A stretch of DNA of 32,000 nt, taken from positions 30,001 through 62,000 of the forward strand of contig NZ_OMOH01000009.1 in NCBI RefSeq assembly GCF_900289195.1, given 5' to 3'. Within the stretch, counting starts at the first letter, position 1; every line of letters begins with the position of its first letter. The notes beneath the pieces are model-generated. The model was not told where the DNA came from and searched no databases. It worked only from the letters and a program-made list of their open reading frames with translations. The position numbers and the translations under genes were made by a program. Source of the stretch: Propionibacterium ruminifibrarum. Its GTDB lineage: Bacteria; Actinomycetota; Actinomycetes; Propionibacteriales; Propionibacteriaceae. Positions 17,169 through 26,410 of this stretch are shown here, in pieces.

Positions 17169-19100
17169 TTACGCAGCAGGCCCCGGGCCGGCCTCGGCCG
17201 CGACGCGGCCCTGGGCGGCCCCGGAAACCTTGTCTCGCCGCTCGGAGAAGCGGGCGTACATCTGGTCGATGACGTCGGCGAACCGGCGCTCGACCTCCCG
17301 GCGTTTCACCTTCAACGTCGGCGTGAGAAGGCCGTTCGCGATGGAGAACTCCTCGGGGGACAGGTGCATCTCCCTGAACTGCTCGTGCTTGGGCAGCGAC
17401 CCGGTGAGCCGTGCCGCTCGGGCCTTGACCTCTTCGACGACGCGGGGGTTGGTGAAGAGCTCGTTGACGTGGCCGTACTGGATCTGCAGTTTCTCGGCGA
17501 TCTCGCTCATCGTGGGAAGCGAGGGCTTCACCAGGAGTGTCAGGAACGGCCTGTCGTTGCCGAGCAGGACCGCCTGCTCGAACAGGGGGTCGGCCTGCAG
17601 CAGCGCCTCGATGGGTTGAGGCGCGATGTTCTTGCCGCCCTTGGTGACGATGATGTCCTTCAACCGGTCGGTGATGAACAGGTAGCCCTTGTGGTTGATC
17701 CTGCCGGCGTCGCCGGTGCGCAGCCAGCGGGTGCCGTCCTCGTCGGTCCAGAAGGCCTCGTCGGTGGCCTCCTGGTCGCCCCAGTAGCCGTCCATGAGGT
17801 TGGGCCCGGTGTAGAGGATCTCGTTCTCGGGCCCGATGCGCAGCCGCCCGCCGGTCATGACCCGGCCGACGCTGCCGCGCTGCCAGTGGGAGTGGGAGTT
17901 GAAGGAGATGAGCGGGGCCGCCTCGGTCATGCCGTAGCCGTTGAGGATCTGCAGCCCGGCCGCGCCGAAGAACAGTGCGGCCTCGCGCGACAGGGGCGCG
18001 CCGCCGCTCACGAGCATCTTCTTCTGGCCGCCGATGGCTCCCCGGATCTTGCTCAGGACGAGCCGGTCGGCCGCGAGCAGCATCACGCGGTCGCCCGGCG
18101 AGGGGCGCTCGCCGTTGTTGTACGCGGCCTGCACCCTGGCGCCGACCCCGATCGACCAGTCGAAGATGCGTTTGCGCAGCCGTGAATCGGCGGCCTGGGC
18201 GCGGGCCATCGTCATGATCGTCTCGTAGAGCTTGGGGACGGCGACCACCATGGTCGGGCGCGCCAGGGGCATCAGCTCGGCGATGCTGCGGGTGTCGGTG
18301 ACGTAGGTGTTCATGCAGCCGAGCGACCACAGATAGGCCGTCCAGGCGCGTTCGAGGGCGTGCGACAGGGGCAGGAAGCACAGCGAGTGCTCGGCCGGGC
18401 CGATGTCGAACATCTCGTCGAGGGCCCGGAACTCGGCGATCATCGCGCGGTGGGCGAGCATGACGCCCTTCGGCTCGCCGGTGGTGCCCGAGGTGTAGAT
18501 GATGCTGTACAGGTCGTCGCCGGTGGCCGAGGCCAGGCGCGCGTCGACCTCGGCGGCCAGGGCCGGGTCGGCCGCCTCGTCGGCGGGTGCGAAATCGGCG
18601 AGGTGGCGCAGCTCGCCGCCCCAGGTGGGGCCGGCCGGCAGGTCGTCGCCGCAGGGGTCCATCGAGACGACCAGGCGCAGGCTCGGCGCAGCGGCGGCAG
18701 CCTCGATCATGGTGGCGGTCTCGGTCGGGCCGCCGGTGAAGGCGGCGACCATCTGGCAGTCGTTGGCGATGTGCGCGGTCTGTTCGGCGGTGTTCGTCGC
18801 GTAGACCGGCACCGGGACGGCGCCGAGGTACTGGCAGGCCAGGTCGGCCTGGGTCCACTCGGGGCGGTTGCGTGCGTAGATGCCGACGCGGTCCCCCGTG
18901 GCGATGCCCGCCCCGAGGAGGGCGCAGGCGATCTGGGTGGCGCGTTCGTCCAGCTCGCGGTAGGTGGCGATGTCCCAGACCGCGCCCTCGTCGCCGACGC
19001 GCACCCGGGTGGCCGGGCGGTGGCTGTAGCGGGCGGCGGCGGCCTTGAACATGAGGGCGACGTTGTCCTGCGCGTAGTGCAGCGGGCGGTGGTGGGACAT
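17169..19100 (-). CDS. Long-chain fatty-acid--CoA ligase (AMP-forming acyl-CoA synthetase)
   Basis: 643 aa. Motifs: IIYTSGTTGEPKGVMLAH, GYGMTE, LRTGDAG, ITDRLKDIIVTKGGKNIAPQPIE. The long overlapping ORF 16858..18858 is a frame shadow. Confidence 0.9.
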   Translation of the reverse strand: MSHHRPLHYAQDNVALMFKAAAARYSHRPATRVRVGDEGAVWDIATYRELDERATQIACALLGAGIATGDRVGIYARNRPEWTQADLACQYLGAVPVPVYATNTAEQTAHIANDCQMVAAFTGGPTETATMIEAAAAAPSLRLVVSMDPCGDDLPAGPTWGGELRHLADFAPADEAADPALAAEVDARLASATGDDLYSIIYTSGTTGEPKGVMLAHRAMIAEFRALDEMFDIGPAEHSLCFLPLSHALERAWTAYLWSLGCMNTYVTDTRSIAELMPLARPTMVVAVPKLYETIMTMARAQAADSRLRKRIFDWSIGVGARVQAAYNNGERPSPGDRVMLLAADRLVLSKIRGAIGGQKKMLVSGGAPLSREAALFFGAAGLQILNGYGMTEAAPLISFNSHSHWQRGSVGRVMTGGRLRIGPENEILYTGPNLMDGYWGDQEATDEAFWTDEDGTRWLRTGDAGRINHKGYLFITDRLKDIIVTKGGKNIAPQPIEALLQADPLFEQAVLLGNDRPFLTLLVKPSLPTMSEIAEKLQIQYGHVNELFTNPRVVEEVKARAARLTGSLPKHEQFREMHLSPEEFSIANGLLTPTLKVKRREVERRFADVIDQMYARFSERRDKVSGAAQGRVAAEAGPGPAA

Positions 19101-19101
19101 G

Positions 19102-19896
19102 TCAGCTCCTCGCTCTCAGCCAGGCGATGTCGGCGGCCTGGGCCTCTGCACCGCCGGGGGTCTCGACGACGGCGGGTGCTCCGGCCGTGGCGACGATGTG
19201 GGCGATGGCCTCGGCGTCGGCCCGCCCCTGGCCGAGATTGGCGTGCCGGTCGGCTCCGGTGCCCGGTTCGTCGCGGGAGTCGTTGGCGTGCACCAGGTCG
19301 ATGCGTCCGGTGATCGCCATGACCCGTTCGACGAGGCCGTCGAGCCCCAGCCCGGCGCCGTGGGCGTGGCAGGTGTCGAGGCAGAAACCGACCTTGCCGT
19401 CGGCGTCGACCTCGCTGATCGCCGTCCACAGCCGGTCGAGCGACTCCAGCCGGCGGGCCATGGCGTGCTGCCCGCCCGCCGTGTTCTCGATGAGGACCGG
19501 CACCGCGGCATCCAGCCCGTCCACGGCCTTGGCCCAGTTCGTGTAGCCGGCCTCGGGATCGTCCTTCGCCGTGACGTGCCCGCCGTGGACGACGACACCG
19601 ATCGCGCCGAGTTCGGCGGCCATGTCGACGTGCTTCTGCAGCAGGCGGCGGCTCGGCACCCGGATGCGGTTGTTGGTGCTGGCCACGTTGATGACGAAGG
19701 GGGCGTGGACGACGAGTGCCAGACCCGCGGCCTCGGCCGCGGCGCGCAGGGCCTGCGGACCGCCCTCGTAGGCGAGGGCCGGCCCCTTCCAGCTCTGCGG
19801 ATCGCCCAGGCTGATCTGGGCGATCTCGGCGCCGCGCGCGGCAGCCTCACCAACGGGGTCTTTCTCGTCGACGTGAGAACCGATCAGGACTGACAT
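19102..19896 (-). CDS. nfo: Deoxyribonuclease IV (endonuclease IV, AP endonuclease family 2)
   Basis: Motifs parallel E. coli Nfo: HAPFVINV, VVVHGG, VLIENTAGG, FCLDTCHAHGAG, VHANDSRDEPGTGADRHANLGQG, VVETP. Its stop is 1 nt from the start of the next gene. Confidence 0.88.
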   Translation of the reverse strand: MSVLIGSHVDEKDPVGEAAARGAEIAQISLGDPQSWKGPALAYEGGPQALRAAAEAAGLALVVHAPFVINVASTNNRIRVPSRRLLQKHVDMAAELGAIGVVVHGGHVTAKDDPEAGYTNWAKAVDGLDAAVPVLIENTAGGQHAMARRLESLDRLWTAISEVDADGKVGFCLDTCHAHGAGLGLDGLVERVMAITGRIDLVHANDSRDEPGTGADRHANLGQGRADAEAIAHIVATAGAPAVVETPGGAEAQAADIAWLRARS

Positions 19897-20169
19897 ACCG
19901 AGAGCCTAGTTGGATGCGGCGCGATTCCCCCCACTGCACGGGCCGCGCCCCTCCGATGAGGGGAACAGGCCGGGGCCGGTGTCTGCGCCAGGAACGACTC
20001 CACGTCGCCGCCCGCCGGAGCCGGGTCGCAGGGCATCGGGCCACGAGTCGTCCCGCGGTGGCCCCTGCCGTCCGCCATGGCGCTGCCCGCGCCCTGCCCG
20101 GTGTCCACTGCCGTCTGGCGACCCTGTTCCTGTTCGCCCCGTCCGGCGGCGGCGCCTAAGATTGCCCGG

Positions 20170-23100
20170 ATGAATGCGCACCTCGACTACGATCCCGCGG
20201 CCTCGGTCCAGCTGCGCTGGCTGGCGCGGTTGAGCGATGAGATCCTGCTCAACCACTACCCGCAGCGTTCGTTCGAGCGGGGTGCCGCCTACGCCGCCCG
20301 GGCCGGTGTCGTCACCGACGTCCGGCTGGACACCGAGACGCTGTCGGGGCATGTGCAGGGCACCCTGTCGTCCCCGTACGACACCTCGATCCGGTTCATC
20401 AGCGCGGGCCGGCGGGTCGTCACCTGGTCGGACGCGTGCACGTGCCCGAAGGGCAAGGACTGCAAGCACGCCGCCGCGCTGCTCATGAGCACCCGCTCGG
20501 CCGCGCAGCTCGTCCTCGAGGGCAGGGCCGCCGACGCGACACCGGCGCCGACCAGCTCGTGGGAGCGGGCCATGGCACGGCTGGCACCCGAGCAGGGCGG
20601 CTCGCGCAAACTGGCCGTCGTCTTCGAGAGCGCCGGCATGGCCGGCTACGACTACTCCTCGTCGGGGCGCTGGCACATGCACCTGCTGCGCACCGGCGTG
20701 GACGGCGACTGGGTGAGCAAGCGCGTGCGCTGGCGCGACCTCATCGACTCCCCCGCCGCGGTGCAGGCCCGTTCGGACCAGCGCGCCGCCGCCCTGGGCC
20801 TGGCGCAGTTGCTGAGCGCCGGAGACACCTACGCGATGAACCGGATGACGCTCGAGTCGCTGCCGGCCGAGGTCTGGGCGCAGCTGCGCAGGGCCGTCGG
20901 CGCGGGCGTCGAGCTGCTGCACGACCTGGGTGATCGCCGCCACGCCCGCGTGCACCTCGACCAGGCGAAGGCCTCGCTCGGTCTCGACCTCACCGCGTCC
21001 GGCGACGACTACGAGCTTCAGGTGCAGCTGCAGCACGACGGGCGCGCCGAGCCCTTCCGCCCCGGCTGGACCCTGCTCGGCGACCCGGCCCACGGCATCC
21101 TGCGCACCGAGCCGCGCGGTGAGCTGCGCCTGACCGAGCTCGACCACTCCGTCGACCAGGCGGTCCGTCCGCTGCTCGACGCGGCCCCCTCACTGACGCT
21201 GCCGGCCGCCGACCTGCCTCGTTTCCTGAGCCTGTACGCCCCGCAGCTGCGCGGGCACATGCGGTTGACGAGCAGTGACGAGGCGGTTGACATCAGCGAG
21301 CCGCCGGTCAGCGGCGTGTGGGTGCAGATCGACTTCAGCCAGATCGGCCGGGCTTCGCTGCGCAGCGGGGTCACGCTCGCCTCGGCCGGGCACAGCACCC
21401 GTCTCGAGCTGGAGCGCTGCCCCGCCGGCCTCATCAGCGACGAGACGCGCGAGCTGCTCGACCGGGTGCACGGCCTCGTCGGGGGCTCGTCCGCCGAGCT
21501 GTCCGGGCGGGCCCTGCTCGACTTCGTCGCCCACGGGCTGCCGGTGCTGGAGGCCGACCCCGGCGTGCTCGTCGAGTCCATCGGCGCACGGCCCGGCTAC
21601 ACCGAACTCACCGCGGCCCCGCAGTTGAGCATCGAGATCTTCGACGACGACCCCGACGGCCCCCTCGAGGCCACCTCGGCCATCGAGGACGCCACGCTGG
21701 CCCACTCGACGGACTGGTTCGGCCTGTCGGTCAGTGTCCGCGTCGGTGACCGGGAGGTGCCGGTGACGTTGCTGCTGACGGCCATGGCGGCCGGTGACGA
21801 CCACGTCATGCTCGATGACGGGGCCTGGATCGACCTCGAACGGCCCGAGCTGGACCCGCTGCGCCACCTCGCCGACGAGGCGTCCCGGCTCGTCGACCCC
21901 GACACCGGCCGGATGCGGCTGAGTCGCTGGGACCTGGGCGTGTGGCAGGACCTGCAGGCCTCCGGCGTCATCGCCGCGTCCTCGGCGCGCTGGCAGCGTT
22001 CGGTGGCCGCGCTCCTGAGCCTCGACGAGGCCGCCCCGCCGGCCGTGCCGGACACGATCGGGGCCGAGCTGCGCCCCTACCAGGTCGAGGGCTACCAGTG
22101 GCTGAGCGCCCTGTGGACTGCCGGGCTCGGCGGCATCCTCGCCGACGACATGGGCCTGGGCAAGACGCTGCAGACCCTGGCGCTCATCGCGCGGGCCAGG
22201 CAGGACGGCGAGCTGACGCACCCGGCGCTGGTCATCGCCCCCACCTCGGTCATGGCCGCGTGGACGGGCGAGGCCCGCAAGTTCGCGCCATCGCTGCGGA
22301 TCGTCGTCATCGACCAGACGGCCAGCAAGTCCGGTGTCCCCCTCGCCCGGGCGGTCGAGGGCGCCGACGTCGTCGTGGCCTCGTACACGCTCGTGCGGCT
22401 GGACGAGGCGAGCTTCACCTCGCTGGAGTGGGGCCTGCTCGTGCTCGACGAGGCGCAGTTCGTCAAGAACCACACCGCCAAGACCTACTCCATCGTGCGG
22501 CGCCTGCTGGCGCGCATGCGGCTGGTCATCACCGGCACCCCGCTCGAGAACTCCCTCATGGACCTGTGGAGCCTGCTGTCGATCGCCGCGCCGGGCCTGT
22601 TCCCCGAGCCGAAGCGCTTCCAGACCGGTTTCGCCCGCCCGATCGAGTCGGGCGAGCAGCCCGACCGGCTCGACGTGCTGCACCGCCGCACCCGCCCGCT
22701 CATGCTGCGCCGCACCAAGGAGCAGGTGGCGGCCGAGCTGCCGCCCAAGCAGGAGTTCGTCGTGCCGATCGCGCTCAGCCGCGCCCACCGCCGCATCTAC
22801 GACCGCGAGCTGGCCGCCACGAGGATGCGCGTCCTGGGCCTGCTCGACGACAACTCGCGCACGCACCGCATCGAGATCCTCGCCGCCCTCACCCGGCTGC
22901 GCCAGCTGAGCCTGCACCCGGGTCTGCTGGACACCGACGACCTGGCGGTCGGCTCGGAGAAGATCGACTCGCTGGTCGAGCAGCTGCACTCGCTCGCCCA
23001 GGCCGGGCACCGGGCCCTCGTGTTCAGCCAGTTCACCAGCTTCCTGCGGCTGGTCCGCGACCGGCTCAGTGAGGAGCAGATCGGCTGGGAGTACCTGGAC

Positions 23101-23457
23101 GGGCGCACCCGACGCCGCGAGGAGCGGGTGCGGGCCTTCAAGGAGGGCGACGCGACGGCCTTCCTCATCTCGCTGAAGGCCGGCGGCTTCGGCCTGACCC
23201 TCACCGAGGCCGACTACGTCTTCGTCCTCGACCCGTGGTGGAACCCGGCGGCCGAACGCCAGGCCATCGACCGCACCCACCGCATCGGCCAGGACAAGCA
23301 GGTGATGGTCTATCGTCTCGTGTCGGCCGACACCGTCGAGGAGAAGGTCGTGGAGCTGCAGCAGCGCAAACGCGACCTGTTCGACCAGGTGGTGGGCGAC
23401 GAGGCACTGAGCAGCGGCGCCCTCACCCTCGACGACATCCGCGGGCTGCTGGCCTGA
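20170..23457 (+). CDS. SWIM zinc-finger / SNF2-family helicase (HelZ/RapA-like)
   Basis: SWIM motif CTCPKGKDCKHAAALL near the N-terminus. SNF2 motifs ILADDMGLGKTLQ (I), LVLDEAQFVKN (II), LVITGTPLENS (III), VFSQFTSFL, and LDPWWNPAAERQAIDRTHRIGQ (VI). Start taken at MNAHLDY; the ATG at 20077 is an alternative. Confidence 0.9.
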   Translation: MNAHLDYDPAASVQLRWLARLSDEILLNHYPQRSFERGAAYAARAGVVTDVRLDTETLSGHVQGTLSSPYDTSIRFISAGRRVVTWSDACTCPKGKDCKHAAALLMSTRSAAQLVLEGRAADATPAPTSSWERAMARLAPEQGGSRKLAVVFESAGMAGYDYSSSGRWHMHLLRTGVDGDWVSKRVRWRDLIDSPAAVQARSDQRAAALGLAQLLSAGDTYAMNRMTLESLPAEVWAQLRRAVGAGVELLHDLGDRRHARVHLDQAKASLGLDLTASGDDYELQVQLQHDGRAEPFRPGWTLLGDPAHGILRTEPRGELRLTELDHSVDQAVRPLLDAAPSLTLPAADLPRFLSLYAPQLRGHMRLTSSDEAVDISEPPVSGVWVQIDFSQIGRASLRSGVTLASAGHSTRLELERCPAGLISDETRELLDRVHGLVGGSSAELSGRALLDFVAHGLPVLEADPGVLVESIGARPGYTELTAAPQLSIEIFDDDPDGPLEATSAIEDATLAHSTDWFGLSVSVRVGDREVPVTLLLTAMAAGDDHVMLDDGAWIDLERPELDPLRHLADEASRLVDPDTGRMRLSRWDLGVWQDLQASGVIAASSARWQRSVAALLSLDEAAPPAVPDTIGAELRPYQVEGYQWLSALWTAGLGGILADDMGLGKTLQTLALIARARQDGELTHPALVIAPTSVMAAWTGEARKFAPSLRIVVIDQTASKSGVPLARAVEGADVVVASYTLVRLDEASFTSLEWGLLVLDEAQFVKNHTAKTYSIVRRLLARMRLVITGTPLENSLMDLWSLLSIAAPGLFPEPKRFQTGFARPIESGEQPDRLDVLHRRTRPLMLRRTKEQVAAELPPKQEFVVPIALSRAHRRIYDRELAATRMRVLGLLDDNSRTHRIEILAALTRLRQLSLHPGLLDTDDLAVGSEKIDSLVEQLHSLAQAGHRALVFSQFTSFLRLVRDRLSEEQIGWEYLDGRTRRREERVRAFKEGDATAFLISLKAGGFGLTLTEADYVFVLDPWWNPAAERQAIDRTHRIGQDKQVMVYRLVSADTVEEKVVELQQRKRDLFDQVVGDEALSSGALTLDDIRGLLA

Positions 23458-23469
23458 GACTGGCCCGGC

Positions 23470-24159
23470 TCAGAGCCGGTGGTCGTGGGCCCAGATGGCG
23501 ACCTGCACTCGGTTCGTCATGTCCAGGCGGGTGAGGATCGAGCCGATGTGGGCCTTCACCGTGGTCACCTCGAGCCCCAGGCGGCGGGCGATCTGCTGGT
23601 TGCTCAGCCCCTCGGCCACCAGGGCGGCCACCTGACGCTCCCGGGGCGTGAGGGTCCGGGGGTCGGCACCACCCGAGGCGCGGGCCGGCCGGCGCCGGGC
23701 GAACTCGCCGGCGAGCCGGGCAGCGACCCCCGGTGACAGCCAGCAGCCGCCGCCGGCGACGGTGCGTACCGCCTCGGCCAGCTCGTCCAGGTCGAGGTCC
23801 TTGTTCGCGAAGCCGGCCGCGCCCAGGTCCATGGCCGCGAACAGGTACTCGTCGAGGTCGAAGGTGGTCAGGACGAGGATTCTCGCCGGGTCGGGTGACG
23901 CCAGGATCTGCTCGCCGGCCCACAGCCCATCGCCGTCCGGCATGCGCAGGTCCATGAGAACGACGTCGGGTCCGAGACGCGCGGCGAGTCGCACCGCTTC
24001 ACGACCCGTACCGGCCTGACCGATCACCCGGAGCCCGGGGGCATCGGACAGGAAATCGCTCAGCCCTCGCCTGACGATCTCCTGGTCGTCCGCGATGAGC
24101 ACGGTGATCGGCTCTGTGGCGTCGGGATCCGACTGGTCGTTGGCCGGGTCGCGCAGCAT
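23470..24159 (-). CDS. NarL/LuxR-family two-component response regulator
   Basis: Receiver domain ITVLIADDQEIVRRGL...VVLMDLRMPDGDG and LuxR HTH LTPRERQVAALVAEGLSNQQIARRLGLEVTTVKAHIGSIL. Strong SD (GGGAGGGAcgATG). Confidence 0.9.
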   Translation of the reverse strand: MLRDPANDQSDPDATEPITVLIADDQEIVRRGLSDFLSDAPGLRVIGQAGTGREAVRLAARLGPDVVLMDLRMPDGDGLWAGEQILASPDPARILVLTTFDLDEYLFAAMDLGAAGFANKDLDLDELAEAVRTVAGGGCWLSPGVAARLAGEFARRRPARASGGADPRTLTPRERQVAALVAEGLSNQQIARRLGLEVTTVKAHIGSILTRLDMTNRVQVAIWAHDHRL

Positions 24160-24403
24160 CGTCCCTCCCGTCCGTGCGACATGCCCTTGGCCCGCCCCGG
24201 TGCAGGGGCGGTGATCAGGTCCACGATAGGGCCGACCGGCCCGGTCCGGGAGGTGGGTTCACCGGCCAGGGGGCTCCCGGCCACGAACGACGGCACCCGT
24301 CACCGGCCACGATTCGACACCGATCCTGCGTATGGTTCCGGTTGTAGGGTCCGCAGGGCTGCCAGCGGACCCGGACACGCGATCACGACGAGGGGTGGGG
24401 CGC

Positions 24404-25597
24404 ATGGTCATGACCCGGGCGTGCCACGCCGACCCGGCCGCGCGCCACGTCGCGCTGGCGACGATGCTCGCCGGCGCGCTCACCGCACTCGCCGTGGTCG
24501 GCGGGTCGACCGGCCAGATCCTGGCCTGCGGCGGCGCGGCGCTCCTCGGCGTCATCTGCGCCCTGGCGCTGCCGGCCCACCCTCTGCTGGCACTCACCGT
24601 CTGCCATGCGACCTGCCTGACGATGGCATTCGTGCAACACAACCCCTTTGCGACGCAGGCCCTGATCTACCTGCCAGTGGCCTACTGGGCAGGGCGCCGC
24701 GCACCGGCCCGGGTCGCCTGGGGCGTCGCGGGCCTGTTCACCGCGACCACGGTCCTCGTCTTCGTCCTCACCCTGCGGGGCAGCGACTCCACGTCGGTCG
24801 GTGTGCGCGCGGTGATGGGGCTCGGCTCGGGAACCCTCTTCATCGCGGCGCCCCTCCTCGCTGGGGCGTGGCTGCGCGTCGCGGACGAGCGGGCATCCGG
24901 GGCGCAGGCGCTGTTGCGGGCCGAACGCGCCGAACGCGAGGCGCGGATCGCCAAGGCCCTCGAGACCGAGCGCGGCCTCATGGCCGGCGAGTTGCACGAC
25001 GTGGCATCCCACCACATGACCGCCGTGCTGCTCGACGCCCGGCTCGCCCGGCGCAAGTTGGCCGAGGACCCCGAGCGGGCAGGTGAGCTGCTCGACGAGC
25101 TGACCCGTGAGGCGACGGTCGCCAGCGAGAACCTGCACGAGGTGGTCGGCATCCTCCGGGCCGGCGCGCTGGCAGCCGTGACGCCCCAGCCGACACTCAC
25201 CGATCTGCCCGAGCTGTTGCACACGGCCAGGACCATCAACCCGGACATCAGCCTCGACATCCCCGCCGTCCCGGACGTCTCGCCCGCCGTGGGGCTGGCC
25301 CTGTACCGGGTCATCCAGGAATCACTGACCAACGCCCACCGCCACGCCCCCGGGGCGCGCATCGACGTGCGTCTCACCGAGGCGGACGGCTGGGTGAGCC
25401 TGTCGATCACCAACACCCGTGCCACCAGGCCCGCCCCGGGCCTGGGCGGGTCGGGGCTGGGCGTCGAGGGCATGCGCATGCGCTGCGAGCTGCTCGGCGG
25501 GCAGCTGACGGCGGGCCCGAACCAGGACGGCTGGCAGGTCCTGGCCCGGCTGCCGCAGCGCTCCGGGCAGGACGGTCACCGCCCGGGTGGGACTTAA
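24404..25597 (+). CDS. Sensor histidine kinase, HisKA_3 (NarX/DesK-like) with a polytopic N-terminal domain
   Basis: H-box LMAGELHDVASHHMTAV. HATPase_c N/G boxes QESLTNAHRHAPG and GSGLGVEGMRMR. There are four to five TM segments and no large periplasmic loop. Start uncertain (24332 or 24404). Confidence 0.85.
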   Translation: MVMTRACHADPAARHVALATMLAGALTALAVVGGSTGQILACGGAALLGVICALALPAHPLLALTVCHATCLTMAFVQHNPFATQALIYLPVAYWAGRRAPARVAWGVAGLFTATTVLVFVLTLRGSDSTSVGVRAVMGLGSGTLFIAAPLLAGAWLRVADERASGAQALLRAERAEREARIAKALETERGLMAGELHDVASHHMTAVLLDARLARRKLAEDPERAGELLDELTREATVASENLHEVVGILRAGALAAVTPQPTLTDLPELLHTARTINPDISLDIPAVPDVSPAVGLALYRVIQESLTNAHRHAPGARIDVRLTEADGWVSLSITNTRATRPAPGLGGSGLGVEGMRMRCELLGGQLTAGPNQDGWQVLARLPQRSGQDGHRPGGT

Positions 25598-25683
25598 GGA
25601 GGAGGTCCTCGGTGCCCTGATGGACGATGACACGCCGACGTGCCGCCGGGCATCGTGGGAGCAGTCCCACGAAGGAGCCCGTG

Positions 25684-26313
25684 ATGAACACCCGGCACCG
25701 CACCGTCCACCCCGCCGTCGGCTACGCCGTCACCGCGATCAGCCTGGCCGCGATGGTCTGCTACAGCCTGTGGTCCTGGGATGACATGCCCGCGCAGATC
25801 CTCACCCGGCAGGCCGCGGGACGCCACGGCGCCTCGGTGGTCTCGCGCGCCGTGGCGGCCGCGGCGATGCCCGTCGCGCTCGCGGCCAGTGCCCTGCTGC
25901 TCCTGCTCATGCCCGTGTGGAACCGCCTCACCCGGCCCCTGGCGCCGCGCACCGTAGCGGGCCGGCGACACGAACGGCTGGTCTGGACCGTCGTCTTGGT
26001 GATGCTCTCGGTGCTCATGCTCGCCCTGCACATCGGAATCATCGACATGTTCACCGGCAAGGGCCCGCAGCTGCCCCAGCTGGCCGCCTGGGCCATGGCC
26101 GCCCTGCTCATCGGCCTGGCGGTCATCTACCAAGTGCAGCGGGTGAGGGCCCGCCGGGCGATCACCGGCGTCCTCGTGACCGGCGGGGCGCTCGTGGCGG
26201 CGCTGGCCCACCCGCTGCCCGTGGCGGCCCTGATCGTGGGAGCAGTAGTCATGCTGGGCGCGATCGTGGCCGTCGCCGCGGCCCAGGTGCGCGACAGCGG
26301 CCTGCTGGGCTGA
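25684..26313 (+). CDS. Integral membrane protein (DUF1648/SdpI-like topology, tentative)
   Basis: GAAGGAG lies upstream of GTGATG. It has several TM helices, and the first is followed by WSWDDMPAQI, which resembles the W..lP..iP motif of DUF1648. It lies directly downstream of the kinase. Confidence 0.6.
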   Translation: MNTRHRTVHPAVGYAVTAISLAAMVCYSLWSWDDMPAQILTRQAAGRHGASVVSRAVAAAAMPVALAASALLLLLMPVWNRLTRPLAPRTVAGRRHERLVWTVVLVMLSVLMLALHIGIIDMFTGKGPQLPQLAAWAMAALLIGLAVIYQVQRVRARRAITGVLVTGGALVAALAHPLPVAALIVGAVVMLGAIVAVAAAQVRDSGLLG

Positions 26314-26346
26314 CGCCGCCGGGCCGGGCAACCAGCACACATCCTT

Positions 26347-26359
26347 GTTGACTGTCAAC
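26347..26359. promoter_or_regulatory. Perfect 13-bp palindrome GTTGAC-T-GTCAAC upstream of pta
   Basis: It contains a TTGACT -35-like hexamer. A TAACTT (TANNNT) element sits 6 nt before the pta GTG, which would be compatible with a leaderless transcript. Function not established. Confidence 0.3.
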
Positions 26360-26410
26360 CTTTTCTCGCCCGGTTCGGCCGGAACCGCCCTTGTGGCGTA
26401 ACTTTGTTCC

